DNA from: Patescibacteria group bacterium | GTDB taxonomy: Bacteria; Patescibacteriota; Minisyncoccia; UBA6257; UBA11618 | Direction of reading: 5' to 3' | DNA length: 64,000 nucleotides | Assembly (NCBI GenBank): GCA_043822345.1 | Contig: JBDRBW010000008.1 | Location: 2,332-66,331 of the forward strand | Shown here: positions 26,878 to 36,965 of the stretch, one piece after another | How positions within the stretch are numbered: the first letter of the stretch is position 1 | How the letters are laid out: each line of letters begins with the position of its first letter | Position numbers and translations under genes: made by a program | Notes under the pieces: model-generated | Database searches by the model: none | Told to the model about the DNA's origin: nothing | What the model saw: the letters and a program-made list of their open reading frames with translations, nothing else

Positions 26878-28185
26878 ATGAAAAAGCAAAACGCTTTTTG
26901 GTTGATGTTTGCCATTATCATGGTTGGTTTTGTTTTAATTTGGGTTGGCGGTAGTTTTGGCTCCACATCGCAACCAAGGGTTCAAGCTGCTTCCTGTCTC
27001 GATCCACCAACTTGTCCTGACCCAATGACTTCGGCTTGTGTGCGAATTGAGCCCTCGGGTTCAATCTGTACTACTGCTAGTGGTTGGCGTAGTCCAAGTA
27101 GGGCTTGGTGCGGTGAATTAATGAGCGGTGGTCACTACGAACTTACTAATGGTGGTTGTGCCGCTCCGGGATTTGAAAGTTGCTCCGCTTGCACAGGAAG
27201 TAACTGCTATTCCCTTTCTTATGACTGTGCTGGCAGTACGCCAATACATAAGCCAGTAGTAAAATGCACCGAATGTTACAAGGGTCTGTGCGGAGAAGAG
27301 CCCCCTTGTGGTAATGGCAGGTTAGAACTAGAAGAATGTGAAGAGTGTGATGACAGCAATACTATTAGTGGCGATGGCTGTAGTGACAGGTGTGAGATTG
27401 AGGGCACCGATCCAGTTTGTGGCAATAGCAAAAGAGAGGGAGATGAAGAGTGTGATGGAGACGATATTGCTGATTGTCCAAGGCCCGATTGTGAATGCAC
27501 GATTAGATGTAACGATGATTGTGTATGTGTTTATGATCCGATTGAGCCAGAGTGTGGCAACAGCATTGTTGAACCGCCAGAGCAGTGCGACGACGGCAAC
27601 ACTGACGACACTGATGGTTGTATGAATTGTATGATACAAAAAGGAAATTGTGAGCCGTCAGGGCTTTGTGGCAATGGAGAAGTGACGCCACCCGAGCAGT
27701 GTGAAGGTAGTGGAAGTTGTGAGAGTGTTTGTGTGGGTGATAAAGAGGGATGGATAGAGTATTGTGGTGATAAGCCTCTAGGAGCCTGCTCAGGAGCGCA
27801 CTGTGAGGTAGATGGCGCTAGTTGTATTCCCACATTTGACGAGGATGGAATGGATAATTTCTGTCAAGGTATACCGAGCTGTACTGGAACTATTTTTTGT
27901 AAATTAGCTGGAGCAGGAGCGACCTGCAACCCCGATTCTTGTATGTGTGAACCGCCAGTAACCGAATGTGGTAATGGTATTACAGAACCACCAGAACAAT
28001 GCGACGATGGCAATAATATTGACGGCGATGGCTGCGGTAGCACCTGCGTAATAGAGGGTGGCGGTGGAGATTGTGGCGGTGTTACTTGTGGGAGTGGGGA
28101 GAAGTGTTGTATTTGCGATCCGTTTCATGGAATGGACTCATACTGCACTACTATCAGCGACTGCATCTGTCCAATTTCCGATTAA
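26878..28185 (+). CDS. N-terminally anchored cysteine-rich repeat surface protein (Myxococcus-type CxxC-x-PPEQCDDGN-x4-DGC repeats)
   Basis: Start MKKQNAFWLMFAIIMVGFVLIWV (TM anchor). Multiple ~38-aa repeats of the form CGNG..EPPEQCDDGNT.DGDGC..C. Confidence 0.7.
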   Translation: MKKQNAFWLMFAIIMVGFVLIWVGGSFGSTSQPRVQAASCLDPPTCPDPMTSACVRIEPSGSICTTASGWRSPSRAWCGELMSGGHYELTNGGCAAPGFESCSACTGSNCYSLSYDCAGSTPIHKPVVKCTECYKGLCGEEPPCGNGRLELEECEECDDSNTISGDGCSDRCEIEGTDPVCGNSKREGDEECDGDDIADCPRPDCECTIRCNDDCVCVYDPIEPECGNSIVEPPEQCDDGNTDDTDGCMNCMIQKGNCEPSGLCGNGEVTPPEQCEGSGSCESVCVGDKEGWIEYCGDKPLGACSGAHCEVDGASCIPTFDEDGMDNFCQGIPSCTGTIFCKLAGAGATCNPDSCMCEPPVTECGNGITEPPEQCDDGNNIDGDGCGSTCVIEGGGGDCGGVTCGSGEKCCICDPFHGMDSYCTTISDCICPISD

Positions 28186-28196
28186 TAAATAAACAT

Positions 28197-29840
28197 ATGA
28201 AATCAATTCCACTAAAAACGAAATTATCCAATCAAGCTCTATTTTGGGTGGTTTTTGTTGTGGTGGTTGTTGGATTAATATTGTTATTTGCTTTTAGTAA
28301 TAATTGGCGAGCGCTGGCGGACACGCAATATTGCACCGAAGATGGCTCTGGTGGTGTTTTTACTAATGCGCTTGGTTGGGCATCGCATGCCACTCCATTT
28401 TGTTGCGCTGGAAGTATAAGTTCGTGTATTTCGGTTCCTAGTTGCAGTGGTAGCGGTTGTTATCTCCATAATTTTTCTTGTATGGGAGACACACCAGTAA
28501 GCGCAGAAGATCCAATAAGTTCGTGTGGTAATGGAATTTGTGGTAATAGCACTCCAGAACCACCGGAGCAGTGCGACGATGGCAATACTGTGAGTGGCGA
28601 TGGCTGTAGTAGTACTTGTACTAATGAAGGGGGAGGAGGTTGTGGTAGTTGTGGTGATAGGGCGTTGAATTTGGGTGAGGGATGTGATGATGGCAATATT
28701 GTTGACGGTGATGGTTGTAGCAGTATTTGTGAGGATGAAGATGAAGTTTGGTCTACCAGCGAAGAATGTCAGAATGCCAATTACCCGCTCTGTTGTCCTT
28801 ATAACCCAGTAGTAAGTGGATTTACTCCTCTCGCGGGAACCGATTGCAGTGATCTTCCATTCCCTACCTGTTTTAATTGTGTGTTTGATTTATATCAAGA
28901 GACATGTGAACCGGGAATAGATGAAACGGCTTGCGCTGATTATGAGAGATGTATTTTCTGTAGTTGTACGCCTACGGGTACTCCTCACCCCGGTTTTTGT
29001 GGTGATAGTATTATAGATGAAGGTGAGGAATGTGATGATGGTCAGTATTGTGAGAATGGAACACCTTGTACAGAAGAGGATGATAGAGAATGTCTTGGTA
29101 TTGGTGATGGATTGTGCAAACCTCGCGGTGGCGATGGTTGTAGTTATTATTGTCAAATCGAAGGCGGTTTTTGTGGCGATGGCATTTTAGAGCCGCCGGA
29201 ATTTTGTGAAATTGATGCGGATTGCGCAATCTTTGGTTCTTCAAAATGCAAGAGCGATTGCACGTGCGATGAAATACCACCCGATGAATGTTTATATTGC
29301 GGTGATGGAATAGTAAACTTGAGTTTGGAGCAATGCGATGATGGCAATAATACCAACGGTGATGGCTGTAGTTATAATTGCAAGATAGAGACCGGTCCCA
29401 TGTGCGTAATCGGCGATGGCGTCATCAATCCTCCCGATGAAAATTGTGATACCGATGCGGATTGTGGAGAGTGTGTTCCTCATGAGGACTGCTTTGGTTT
29501 CATGTGCGAAGGATTAGATGCCGATAGTTGTGCGCATACAGAGTGTGTACCGGGAACATCTGGCAGTAGTTGTCCTAAAGTATGTACTCTTGATGGTGGC
29601 TACTGTGAACCCAGTTCCGGTCTAATAGATTACTGTACAGGATTAGAACCATCAGAGTGTAGCGGCTACAATCCAGTGGTAGGGGGGCCAAAAAATCCAT
29701 ATTGCGCAGGTAGTGGGGCAGGAACTTGTTACCCCGACACCTGTAACTGCGACTTGCCATTAGGCACGCCAGGGCAGATATGGGACAGTATTATTAATAA
29801 GACCATGAAATCATATCTTAATAATTATATTAATGAGTAA
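28197..29840 (+). CDS. N-terminally anchored cysteine-rich repeat surface protein, paralog
   Basis: Start MKSIPLKTKLSNQALFWVVFVVVVVGLILLF. The N-terminal ~145 aa are near-identical to the protein at 30721. Several CDDGN..DGDGCS repeats. Confidence 0.7.
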   Translation: MKSIPLKTKLSNQALFWVVFVVVVVGLILLFAFSNNWRALADTQYCTEDGSGGVFTNALGWASHATPFCCAGSISSCISVPSCSGSGCYLHNFSCMGDTPVSAEDPISSCGNGICGNSTPEPPEQCDDGNTVSGDGCSSTCTNEGGGGCGSCGDRALNLGEGCDDGNIVDGDGCSSICEDEDEVWSTSEECQNANYPLCCPYNPVVSGFTPLAGTDCSDLPFPTCFNCVFDLYQETCEPGIDETACADYERCIFCSCTPTGTPHPGFCGDSIIDEGEECDDGQYCENGTPCTEEDDRECLGIGDGLCKPRGGDGCSYYCQIEGGFCGDGILEPPEFCEIDADCAIFGSSKCKSDCTCDEIPPDECLYCGDGIVNLSLEQCDDGNNTNGDGCSYNCKIETGPMCVIGDGVINPPDENCDTDADCGECVPHEDCFGFMCEGLDADSCAHTECVPGTSGSSCPKVCTLDGGYCEPSSGLIDYCTGLEPSECSGYNPVVGGPKNPYCAGSGAGTCYPDTCNCDLPLGTPGQIWDSIINKTMKSYLNNYINE

Positions 29841-30702
29841 ATTAAATCTGCAAAAAATGAAATTAACCAACCAGCCGTTGTTTTGGCTAATATTCATTAT
29901 AATAGTCATTGGATTAGTTTTGTTGTTTACTATAGACGTTTTTGGAATTACTGGTCGTCAGACAAGAATTTTGGCTGGTGGATATTGTGGTGATGGAAAC
30001 GTTGATACTGGCTTGGGCGAACAGTGCGATGATGGCAACAGAATTATAGGCGACGGCTGTGATAACTGCCAAATTACAGGTGGCGGTTATTGCGGAGATG
30101 GTAATTTAGACGCCGGTGAAGAATGTGACGATGGCAATACTAATAATAATGATGGCTGCGCCGACTGTCGCAGGCAAACTCCAGGATGCGTTATTAGGTG
30201 TGGCAATGGAGAAGTGACGCCACCCGAGGAGTGTGATGATGGTAATCTCACTAACGGCGATGGCTGTAGTAGTACTTGTCAAAACGAGCGTCCCAGTCAG
30301 TGTGAATATCCAGTGTGTAGCGATATTAAAGATTGTGAAAAGTGTAATAGCTACGACGCCTGCCGTTGGGGAACACAGATAGGTGTTTGTTTGTTTATGG
30401 ATAAGTGTGAGCCGCCTCTAGTAGAGAGTATAAATGGTTGCGTGCCTTGTGGGGGTGTGGAGAGATGCGAGCCTGGCTCCTGTCCAAGTGGTTATTCTTG
30501 TTGCCTCGCTTCTAGTGGAGTCAGTGAGTGCGTCCTGGGTTTTGATTGTGGCGGCTTTATTCCTTGCGGCGACGGTCCCCCGTGTATGGCTGCAACAGAG
30601 GAGTGTTGTATGACGGCAACAATGGGGCCAACCTGCATACCCAAAGGAGCGCATTGTGAAAAAAGCGGACCCGGATCTCCTATTTTCTGGAGATGGAATT
30701 AG
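29833..30702 (+). CDS. N-terminally anchored cysteine-rich repeat surface protein, short paralog
   Basis: MSKLNLQKMKLTNQPLFWLIFIIIVIGLVLLF, followed by CGDGN..EQCDDGN repeats. Confidence 0.65.
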   Translation: MSKLNLQKMKLTNQPLFWLIFIIIVIGLVLLFTIDVFGITGRQTRILAGGYCGDGNVDTGLGEQCDDGNRIIGDGCDNCQITGGGYCGDGNLDAGEECDDGNTNNNDGCADCRRQTPGCVIRCGNGEVTPPEECDDGNLTNGDGCSSTCQNERPSQCEYPVCSDIKDCEKCNSYDACRWGTQIGVCLFMDKCEPPLVESINGCVPCGGVERCEPGSCPSGYSCCLASSGVSECVLGFDCGGFIPCGDGPPCMAATEECCMTATMGPTCIPKGAHCEKSGPGSPIFWRWN

Positions 30703-30720
30703 GGGTAATTAATAAAAAAG

Positions 30721-33700
30721 ATGTTTAACAAATCCAACTCACTAAAAACAAAATTATCTAATCAAATGCTTTTTTGGGTGGTTTTTGTTGTGGTGGTTGT
30801 TGGATTAATATTGTTATTTGCTTTTAGTAATAATTGGCGAGCATTAGCGGACACGCAATATTGCACCGAAGATGGCTCTGGTGGTGTTTTTACTAATGCG
30901 CTTGGTTGGGCATCGCATGCCACTCCATTTTGTTGCGCTGGAAGTATAACTTTGTGTATTTCGGTTTCTAGTTGCAGTGGTAGCGATTGCTATCTCCATA
31001 ATTTTTCTTGTATGGGAGATACACCAGTAAGCGCAGAAGATCCAATAAGTTCGTGTGGTAATGGAATCTGTGGCAACAACAGCGTTGAGCCGCCAGAGCA
31101 GTGCGACGATGGTAATACTACTGATGGCGATGGATGCAGTAGCGCTTGTACTAATGAAGGGGGAGGAGGTTGTGGCGATTGTGCAAATGATAGCGACTGC
31201 GTTGATATGGGGATGGGGGATCCTTCTAGTTCTTGTTATCTAGGTTTTGGCGGTAGTTCGTTATTAATGGTGGAGTGCGTAGTATCAACTGGGGAATGTG
31301 TTCTTGGTGAATGTGATAGGAATGAGGATTGCGGTATGTATGTTGATGGCGTGGGTTGGGCTCCTGGGCTTTGTGATTTTAGACAGAGGCCTTTTCCCGA
31401 TATCGAATCTGAGCGATCGGAAGGTTTATATGGTATATGCGCTCCCGATGCTCCTTGTTGCATGGGGAAAGAAGCGGGATACGAAGAATTTTGTTTTGGG
31501 TTTATAGAACCTGATCAATGTTCAGAAGCTCATTTACCAGGTAGTTTCGATTATCTTTGTCAATGGATTTGCCCAGTCTGCGGCAATGATATTTTAGAAC
31601 CGCCTTATGAACAATGCGACGACGGCAATACTACCAACGGCGACGGCTGTAGTTCTACTTGTCAAATCGAAGGCGGAGATATTTGCTGTGTACCTAATCC
31701 TGATTGCGGTGGTCTTGCCTGTGATGGTCTTAGTATAGAAGATTGTGAAAATTCTAAGTGTATTTCAGGCACTATTCCTGGTGGTGATTGTGTGCGGTCG
31801 TGCGCCTACTCTAGTGGTGAGTGTAAGCCCAGCGCCGGCGCAGGTGATCATTGTAAAGCATTATCAGATTCAGCGTGTGAAGCTGATCCCTATTGTAAAC
31901 CCGACCCTGACGCGGATTGTGGTTCTCCAAACTGCGAGGGTTGCGGTGATGGTGAAGTTAATGATCCAAAGGAAGAGTGCGACGACGGCAATAATGTAAG
32001 CGGCGACGGTTGTAGTTATAATTGCAAGATAGAAACTGGCGGTATGTGTGGCGATGGCATAGTAACTCCTCCTGAGGAGTGCGATGATAACAATAATATA
32101 GATGGAGATGGTTGTGCCGCGGATTGTACATATGAAGAGTGCCGCTTCTGTGGCGATGGAACCGTAGACTCTGATATTGGCGAGCAGTGTGAAGGTAGTG
32201 GAAGTTGTGAGAGTGTTTGTGTGGGTGATAAAGAGGGATGGATAGAGTATTGTGGTGATAAACCCTCAGGAACCTGCTCAGGAGTGCACTGTGAGGTAGA
32301 TGGCGCTAGTTGTATTCCCACATTTGACGAGGATGGAATGGATAATTTCTGTCAAGGTATACCGAGCTGTACAGGAACTATTTTTTGTAAATTAGCTGGA
32401 GCAGGAGCGACCTGCAACCCCGATTCTTGTATGTGTGAACCGCCAGTAACCGAATGTGGTAATGGTACCGTGGACCCAGGCGAGGAGTGCGACGACGGCA
32501 ATCATAATAGCGGCGACGGTTGTAGTTATAATTGCAAGATAGAAACTGGCGGCATGTGCGTAATTGGCGATGGGATTATTAATACTCCCGATGAAAATTG
32601 TGATGGTGATGGGGATTGTGCTTCTGTTGGTGGTTGTGTAGCAAATCCTGAGAAGAATTGGCAGGATTGGTGTCAATGGCTTAGTGGGCTTCTCGGTGGT
32701 GGTTGTGCGGCGATTGGACCAGAGTGTCAATTAGAAGGCGGTTTATGTGTGCCTGGGCCAGTGTTAGACGACCCCGAAGAAAGACAATCCGCTTGTGATT
32801 TGGCGGGTAGTTTATCAGAGATGAGATGTCGTGATGCTTATCATGCAGGTGACGCGGGACCAGATGATGGAGGATGTAAGTGGGTTGAAGAAGGAGGCGG
32901 TGGCATCTGCAACCCCGATTCTTGTATGTGTGAAATACCACCAGCCGAGTGTGGCGATGGCATAGTAACTCCTCCTGAGGAGTGCGATGATAACAATAAT
33001 ATAGATGGCGATGGCTGTAGCGCTACTTGTCAGATTGAAGGCGGTATGTGCGTCATTGGCGATGGGATTATTAATACTCCCGATGAAAATTGTGATGGTG
33101 ATGGGGATTGCGGGGGAATTTGTGTATCTTCGCCGTTAGAGTGGCAAGATTTTTGCCACATGGAACCCATAGATGATTGTACCTCATTCTATTGTAAAGT
33201 AGATGGCACGGAATGTGTCCCTGCATTTGATGACGAGGGAATGGAAGATTATTGTTCGATCAGAAAAATTGAACCAAGGTGTTGGAATATATTTTGCAAA
33301 TGGGCTGATAAGAGTACCTGCGACCCCGATACCTGTATGTGTGAACTTCCAGAGCCTGAATGTGGCGACCATGTAATAGACCCACCCGAGCAGTGCGATG
33401 ATGGTAATCGCACCGATGGTGATGGTTGTGATAAGAATTGTAAAGATGAAACGGGTAAAAAAGTATGCGGCGATGGTGAAGTCAATCAACCCGAAGAGGA
33501 GTGCGATGAAGGTACTGCTGATACAGCGACCTGTGATAGAGATTGTACCCTCGTGGCTTGTGGTGATAATCATGTAAATACTGTGGCTGGCGAGCAGTGT
33601 GATGATGGAAATACCAACAATAACGACGGTTGTAGCGCCTCCTGTCAGTGGGAGTCGGCGACTGGCTGTATTCCTCTTCGAGCAAATCAAAACGAAACAG

Positions 33701-34431
33701 CTGATGTGATAAATATAGTTTACGTCGCCTTTAACTACAGCTCTCCTGCTGATTTAGTTCCCAAAGCTACTCAGTGGATGAATGCATTATTAAGTGTTGA
33801 TCCTTTTATTGCCGAAAACCAGAAACTTCAATTTTGGGTAGCCGACACTATGCCGCCAGCAACACCTGGCGCTGGTGGAGGTTGTTGGGATAAATGTGGT
33901 GGTGGTTCGCGTGGAGCATATAGTTCGTATTGCCCGACATTGCCTAATCGAATCCATACTGTTGGCTGTAATTACACTTGCCGTAGCGCGGCATGGACTA
34001 ATGGTGGACCTATTTATATGGAATCTGACGAACCAAGAATATTGTATGTATCTACTCATGAATTTGGCCACGCCCTTGGTGGATTAGCTGACGAGTATGT
34101 AGAGCCTATTAAAGGCGACCAGTGGAGAGCTCCTAACTGTGCAAATAATAATGCGCAGGCCAATACTTGGTGGGGTTCACGAATAGGAACTGGTGATGTG
34201 GGAATGTTTGAAGGTTGTTCTTATGTGATGGATAATCGTCGACCTAAGGCTAACGGACTAATGAACGGTGATACGAGTCTTCCTTATCCATTTACTACTG
34301 ACTACGGCGATATTAGCGTAGAAAGACTTATAGAGCGACTCGCCCCTTATTCTGGAAATCCTTTGCTAACATTTCTTACAAGATCGTTATTTGTATTTAA
34401 ACCTTTCGAATTTATTTTCAAATTACTATGA
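30721..34431 (+). CDS. Giant (1236 aa) N-terminally anchored cysteine-rich repeat protein with a C-terminal M64-like zinc metallopeptidase domain
   Basis: Has more than 10 Myxococcus-type Cys repeats. The C-terminal ~250 aa contain VSTHEFGHALGGLADEY, an HExxH...DEY arrangement resembling the IgA-peptidase M64 family. Confidence 0.7.
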   Translation: MFNKSNSLKTKLSNQMLFWVVFVVVVVGLILLFAFSNNWRALADTQYCTEDGSGGVFTNALGWASHATPFCCAGSITLCISVSSCSGSDCYLHNFSCMGDTPVSAEDPISSCGNGICGNNSVEPPEQCDDGNTTDGDGCSSACTNEGGGGCGDCANDSDCVDMGMGDPSSSCYLGFGGSSLLMVECVVSTGECVLGECDRNEDCGMYVDGVGWAPGLCDFRQRPFPDIESERSEGLYGICAPDAPCCMGKEAGYEEFCFGFIEPDQCSEAHLPGSFDYLCQWICPVCGNDILEPPYEQCDDGNTTNGDGCSSTCQIEGGDICCVPNPDCGGLACDGLSIEDCENSKCISGTIPGGDCVRSCAYSSGECKPSAGAGDHCKALSDSACEADPYCKPDPDADCGSPNCEGCGDGEVNDPKEECDDGNNVSGDGCSYNCKIETGGMCGDGIVTPPEECDDNNNIDGDGCAADCTYEECRFCGDGTVDSDIGEQCEGSGSCESVCVGDKEGWIEYCGDKPSGTCSGVHCEVDGASCIPTFDEDGMDNFCQGIPSCTGTIFCKLAGAGATCNPDSCMCEPPVTECGNGTVDPGEECDDGNHNSGDGCSYNCKIETGGMCVIGDGIINTPDENCDGDGDCASVGGCVANPEKNWQDWCQWLSGLLGGGCAAIGPECQLEGGLCVPGPVLDDPEERQSACDLAGSLSEMRCRDAYHAGDAGPDDGGCKWVEEGGGGICNPDSCMCEIPPAECGDGIVTPPEECDDNNNIDGDGCSATCQIEGGMCVIGDGIINTPDENCDGDGDCGGICVSSPLEWQDFCHMEPIDDCTSFYCKVDGTECVPAFDDEGMEDYCSIRKIEPRCWNIFCKWADKSTCDPDTCMCELPEPECGDHVIDPPEQCDDGNRTDGDGCDKNCKDETGKKVCGDGEVNQPEEECDEGTADTATCDRDCTLVACGDNHVNTVAGEQCDDGNTNNNDGCSASCQWESATGCIPLRANQNETADVINIVYVAFNYSSPADLVPKATQWMNALLSVDPFIAENQKLQFWVADTMPPATPGAGGGCWDKCGGGSRGAYSSYCPTLPNRIHTVGCNYTCRSAAWTNGGPIYMESDEPRILYVSTHEFGHALGGLADEYVEPIKGDQWRAPNCANNNAQANTWWGSRIGTGDVGMFEGCSYVMDNRRPKANGLMNGDTSLPYPFTTDYGDISVERLIERLAPYSGNPLLTFLTRSLFVFKPFEFIFKLL

Positions 34432-35423
34432 TCAAAGTAACAAAAAACAACTTAATCTGGGTCTTGATAGGAATTGTTATTGCTATTGCTGTAATAGCAT
34501 TGGCGACAGGGGTGGTTTTTCCTAATACTCAGCCGCAGGCCGCTGGTGAGGATGTTGGTATAGGGGATTGCAACAGGATTAATCAAATAAATGCTTCTGA
34601 TGAGACAAGACGACTAATGTGTAACAATATTGCCAATTGCTTCTGGCGACCAGGACCACCTAGTCTTTGCCTCGAGAATCTAGCAGGAGAGTTTTCGGCT
34701 TTATCTATTGATTTAGTTCGGCAAGCGGACGGGAATTATAAAGTTCAGGAGATTAGACCTATAATCAGTAGATATCCAGTTAAGCCGGCTTTTGATGAGG
34801 GTAATATTCTAGCTATCAGAACGGCTGATGGAGATTTTTTCCAAACCTTCTCCTCCGTCGACATGCTTATGGGGGACGATTTTACAGGAGAATCTCCTAA
34901 ATCTGACAATAGAGAAGTAATCCGTGAATCGATGACTATCGAGGTGGGTGTAGGAGATCAACCTCTTGGTACCCCCGACAACTATAAAGTTGTTGTCAAG
35001 TCATGCGATAGTTATGATGACAATCCCGATAATGATTGCTCTAAAGAGTTCAGTGATTTTTCTAATGAAGATGAGTTTGAGTGGATTTGTAATGTCGCAG
35101 AAGGTAATCATCCCAATGGTAGCTGTTGCCAATGTAACAACGGTCGAGGTGTAGATGTAACCGCGATAGTTAAATCTCAGTGCGTTGATAGCAATCTTCT
35201 CTATTGTATGTTCAGTTATGGCGTTGAGGCCTTCGCCGAGTATGGTGGCGATTGCCAATCGGGATGCAATAAGATTACTACCGTTCAGTATTCTTGCCGA
35301 ACCAACGATATAAGCACGAAGCAGTTTATTAATAATGGTAAAGATGGAGTAGGAATATTATATTGTTTTGGTGGTAGAATTAATGTTATTAGCGCCACTT
35401 TTGGCGGCCCAGAAATAAAATAG
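34428..35423 (+). CDS. N-terminally anchored Cys-rich hypothetical surface protein
   Basis: TM anchor IWVLIGIVIAIAVIALATGVV; 331 aa with scattered Cys; no recognised domain. Confidence 0.5.
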   Translation: MIKVTKNNLIWVLIGIVIAIAVIALATGVVFPNTQPQAAGEDVGIGDCNRINQINASDETRRLMCNNIANCFWRPGPPSLCLENLAGEFSALSIDLVRQADGNYKVQEIRPIISRYPVKPAFDEGNILAIRTADGDFFQTFSSVDMLMGDDFTGESPKSDNREVIRESMTIEVGVGDQPLGTPDNYKVVVKSCDSYDDNPDNDCSKEFSDFSNEDEFEWICNVAEGNHPNGSCCQCNNGRGVDVTAIVKSQCVDSNLLYCMFSYGVEAFAEYGGDCQSGCNKITTVQYSCRTNDISTKQFINNGKDGVGILYCFGGRINVISATFGGPEIK

Positions 35424-35490
35424 CGGGAGATTAAATATTAAAATAGTTATACACACAAGCAGGTTTTTTAAGGAAATCAGTTATTAGAGT

Positions 35491-36939
35491 ATGAACGAAG
35501 ACGCGCACTATTTTATTATTAAAGGTATTGTTGTTGTTCTAATAATAACAGCAGTGTTTTTGTCGTGGCAGACTTTTTCTAAAGTTAGTGTGTTAGTAAG
35601 AGCGACAACTTTCAATTTCAACCCAGATTTCGACCTAGAGGCTTTTATTAGAGATTTTACCACAACTGGTGGTTATTCTACCCTAGAGGATGACGTAAGA
35701 GATTCAAGAGGAGTTTTTAGTCTACCAGCAGACATTACCCCAGACCGGGTAGCGGGAACAACACTAGTGGGTGTTGGCAGATCAGTTTCCCCATTCTTTA
35801 CCCCACCATCATCGCCTGTTTGTGGTGATGGTACATGCGAATCACCTGAGAACACAACAACTTGTATAGCCGATTGCCCTCCACCTCCACCTATCTGTGG
35901 TAATGGATCTTGTGAGTCGCCTGAGAGCTCGACGACTTGCCTAGTCGATTGTCCTCTCCCCGCAGCGGTTTGCGGTAACGGGACATGTGAATCACCCGGC
36001 GAAGACTCGGGGATTTGTCCAGCTGATTGCCCACTAGTTGGTTGTGGTAACGGGACTTGTGAAGTAACCGAGGATGCAGCGAGTTGTCCAGCTGATTGTT
36101 CATTGTTTATTATATCTTCACCTGTCTGCGGTGACGGGGCTTGTGAATTGGGGGAGACTTCGACAAGTTGTATGATCGACTGTCTTTTTGCGCTCACTTT
36201 TGCAGTAGCTTCACCTGTTTGCGGCAATACGATTTGTGAACCACCCGGCGAAGACTCGGGGAGTTGTCCAGCTGATTGTCCGCCACCCGTCACGCCTTCC
36301 TGTGGCAACGGGCTCTGCGAATCGGTAGTTGGTGAGAGTTTTGGGAGTTGTCCATTGGATTGTCCACCATCAACACCTGGTTGTGGTAGTTGTGATCCTC
36401 TTGTTGACCCCAGCTGTTTTGCTGGTGGAGGCGGAGGTACGTCTGGTTATGGATTCTGTGACTCGGCAGATGGAGAAACCCTACTTAATTGCCCAGAAGA
36501 TTGCGGCGGTGGCAGCGGCGGGAGTTGTCTTTATGAGAATATTTGCAACCAACCTGGTGGGTGTGTGACCAGCTCTTTTACGCCTCCTATACACTCAATA
36601 GGATACATAGATAGTTACCTTCAAGTTTGTGGGGACGGGTTAACTGATTTTGGCGAAGATTGGGGGACGACCTGCACACCAGAAGGCAAGATCGAAATGT
36701 CAGAGCGATATGGATGTGGCAATAGGCTATGTGAGCGAGGTGAAGAGGATACCTGTCTAATAGATTGTTCGATACCGGCCGGCACGGCGTGTGGTGATGG
36801 TGTTTGTGAAGGGTTTGAAAGTTGTATTACTGGTGGTTGTAGCAAGGCTCAAATGTTGGGAATGGGAGTGTGTGTAGTAGATTGTGGAGACCCAGGATCT
36901 GCGTGGTGGACCCGGTCCTTCTCCCTATATCCTTTATAG
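35491..36939 (+). CDS. N-terminally anchored surface protein with seven ~21-aa CGNG-x-CE-x5-7-CPxDCP repeats
   Basis: Repeats read CGDGTCESPENTTTCIADCP, CGNGSCESPESSTTCLVDCP, CGNGTCESPGEDSGICPADCP and so on. Confidence 0.6.
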   Translation: MNEDAHYFIIKGIVVVLIITAVFLSWQTFSKVSVLVRATTFNFNPDFDLEAFIRDFTTTGGYSTLEDDVRDSRGVFSLPADITPDRVAGTTLVGVGRSVSPFFTPPSSPVCGDGTCESPENTTTCIADCPPPPPICGNGSCESPESSTTCLVDCPLPAAVCGNGTCESPGEDSGICPADCPLVGCGNGTCEVTEDAASCPADCSLFIISSPVCGDGACELGETSTSCMIDCLFALTFAVASPVCGNTICEPPGEDSGSCPADCPPPVTPSCGNGLCESVVGESFGSCPLDCPPSTPGCGSCDPLVDPSCFAGGGGGTSGYGFCDSADGETLLNCPEDCGGGSGGSCLYENICNQPGGCVTSSFTPPIHSIGYIDSYLQVCGDGLTDFGEDWGTTCTPEGKIEMSERYGCGNRLCERGEEDTCLIDCSIPAGTACGDGVCEGFESCITGGCSKAQMLGMGVCVVDCGDPGSAWWTRSFSLYPL

Positions 36940-36965
36940 GTATCAAAAATGCAAAAAATATAAGA

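Noticed and set aside
27276-33690. Numerous antisense and alternate-frame ORFs inside the Cys-repeat genes
   Set aside because: They overlap the long sense ORFs that carry clear repeat-domain structure. They are low-complexity translations typical of GC-biased repetitive coding DNA.
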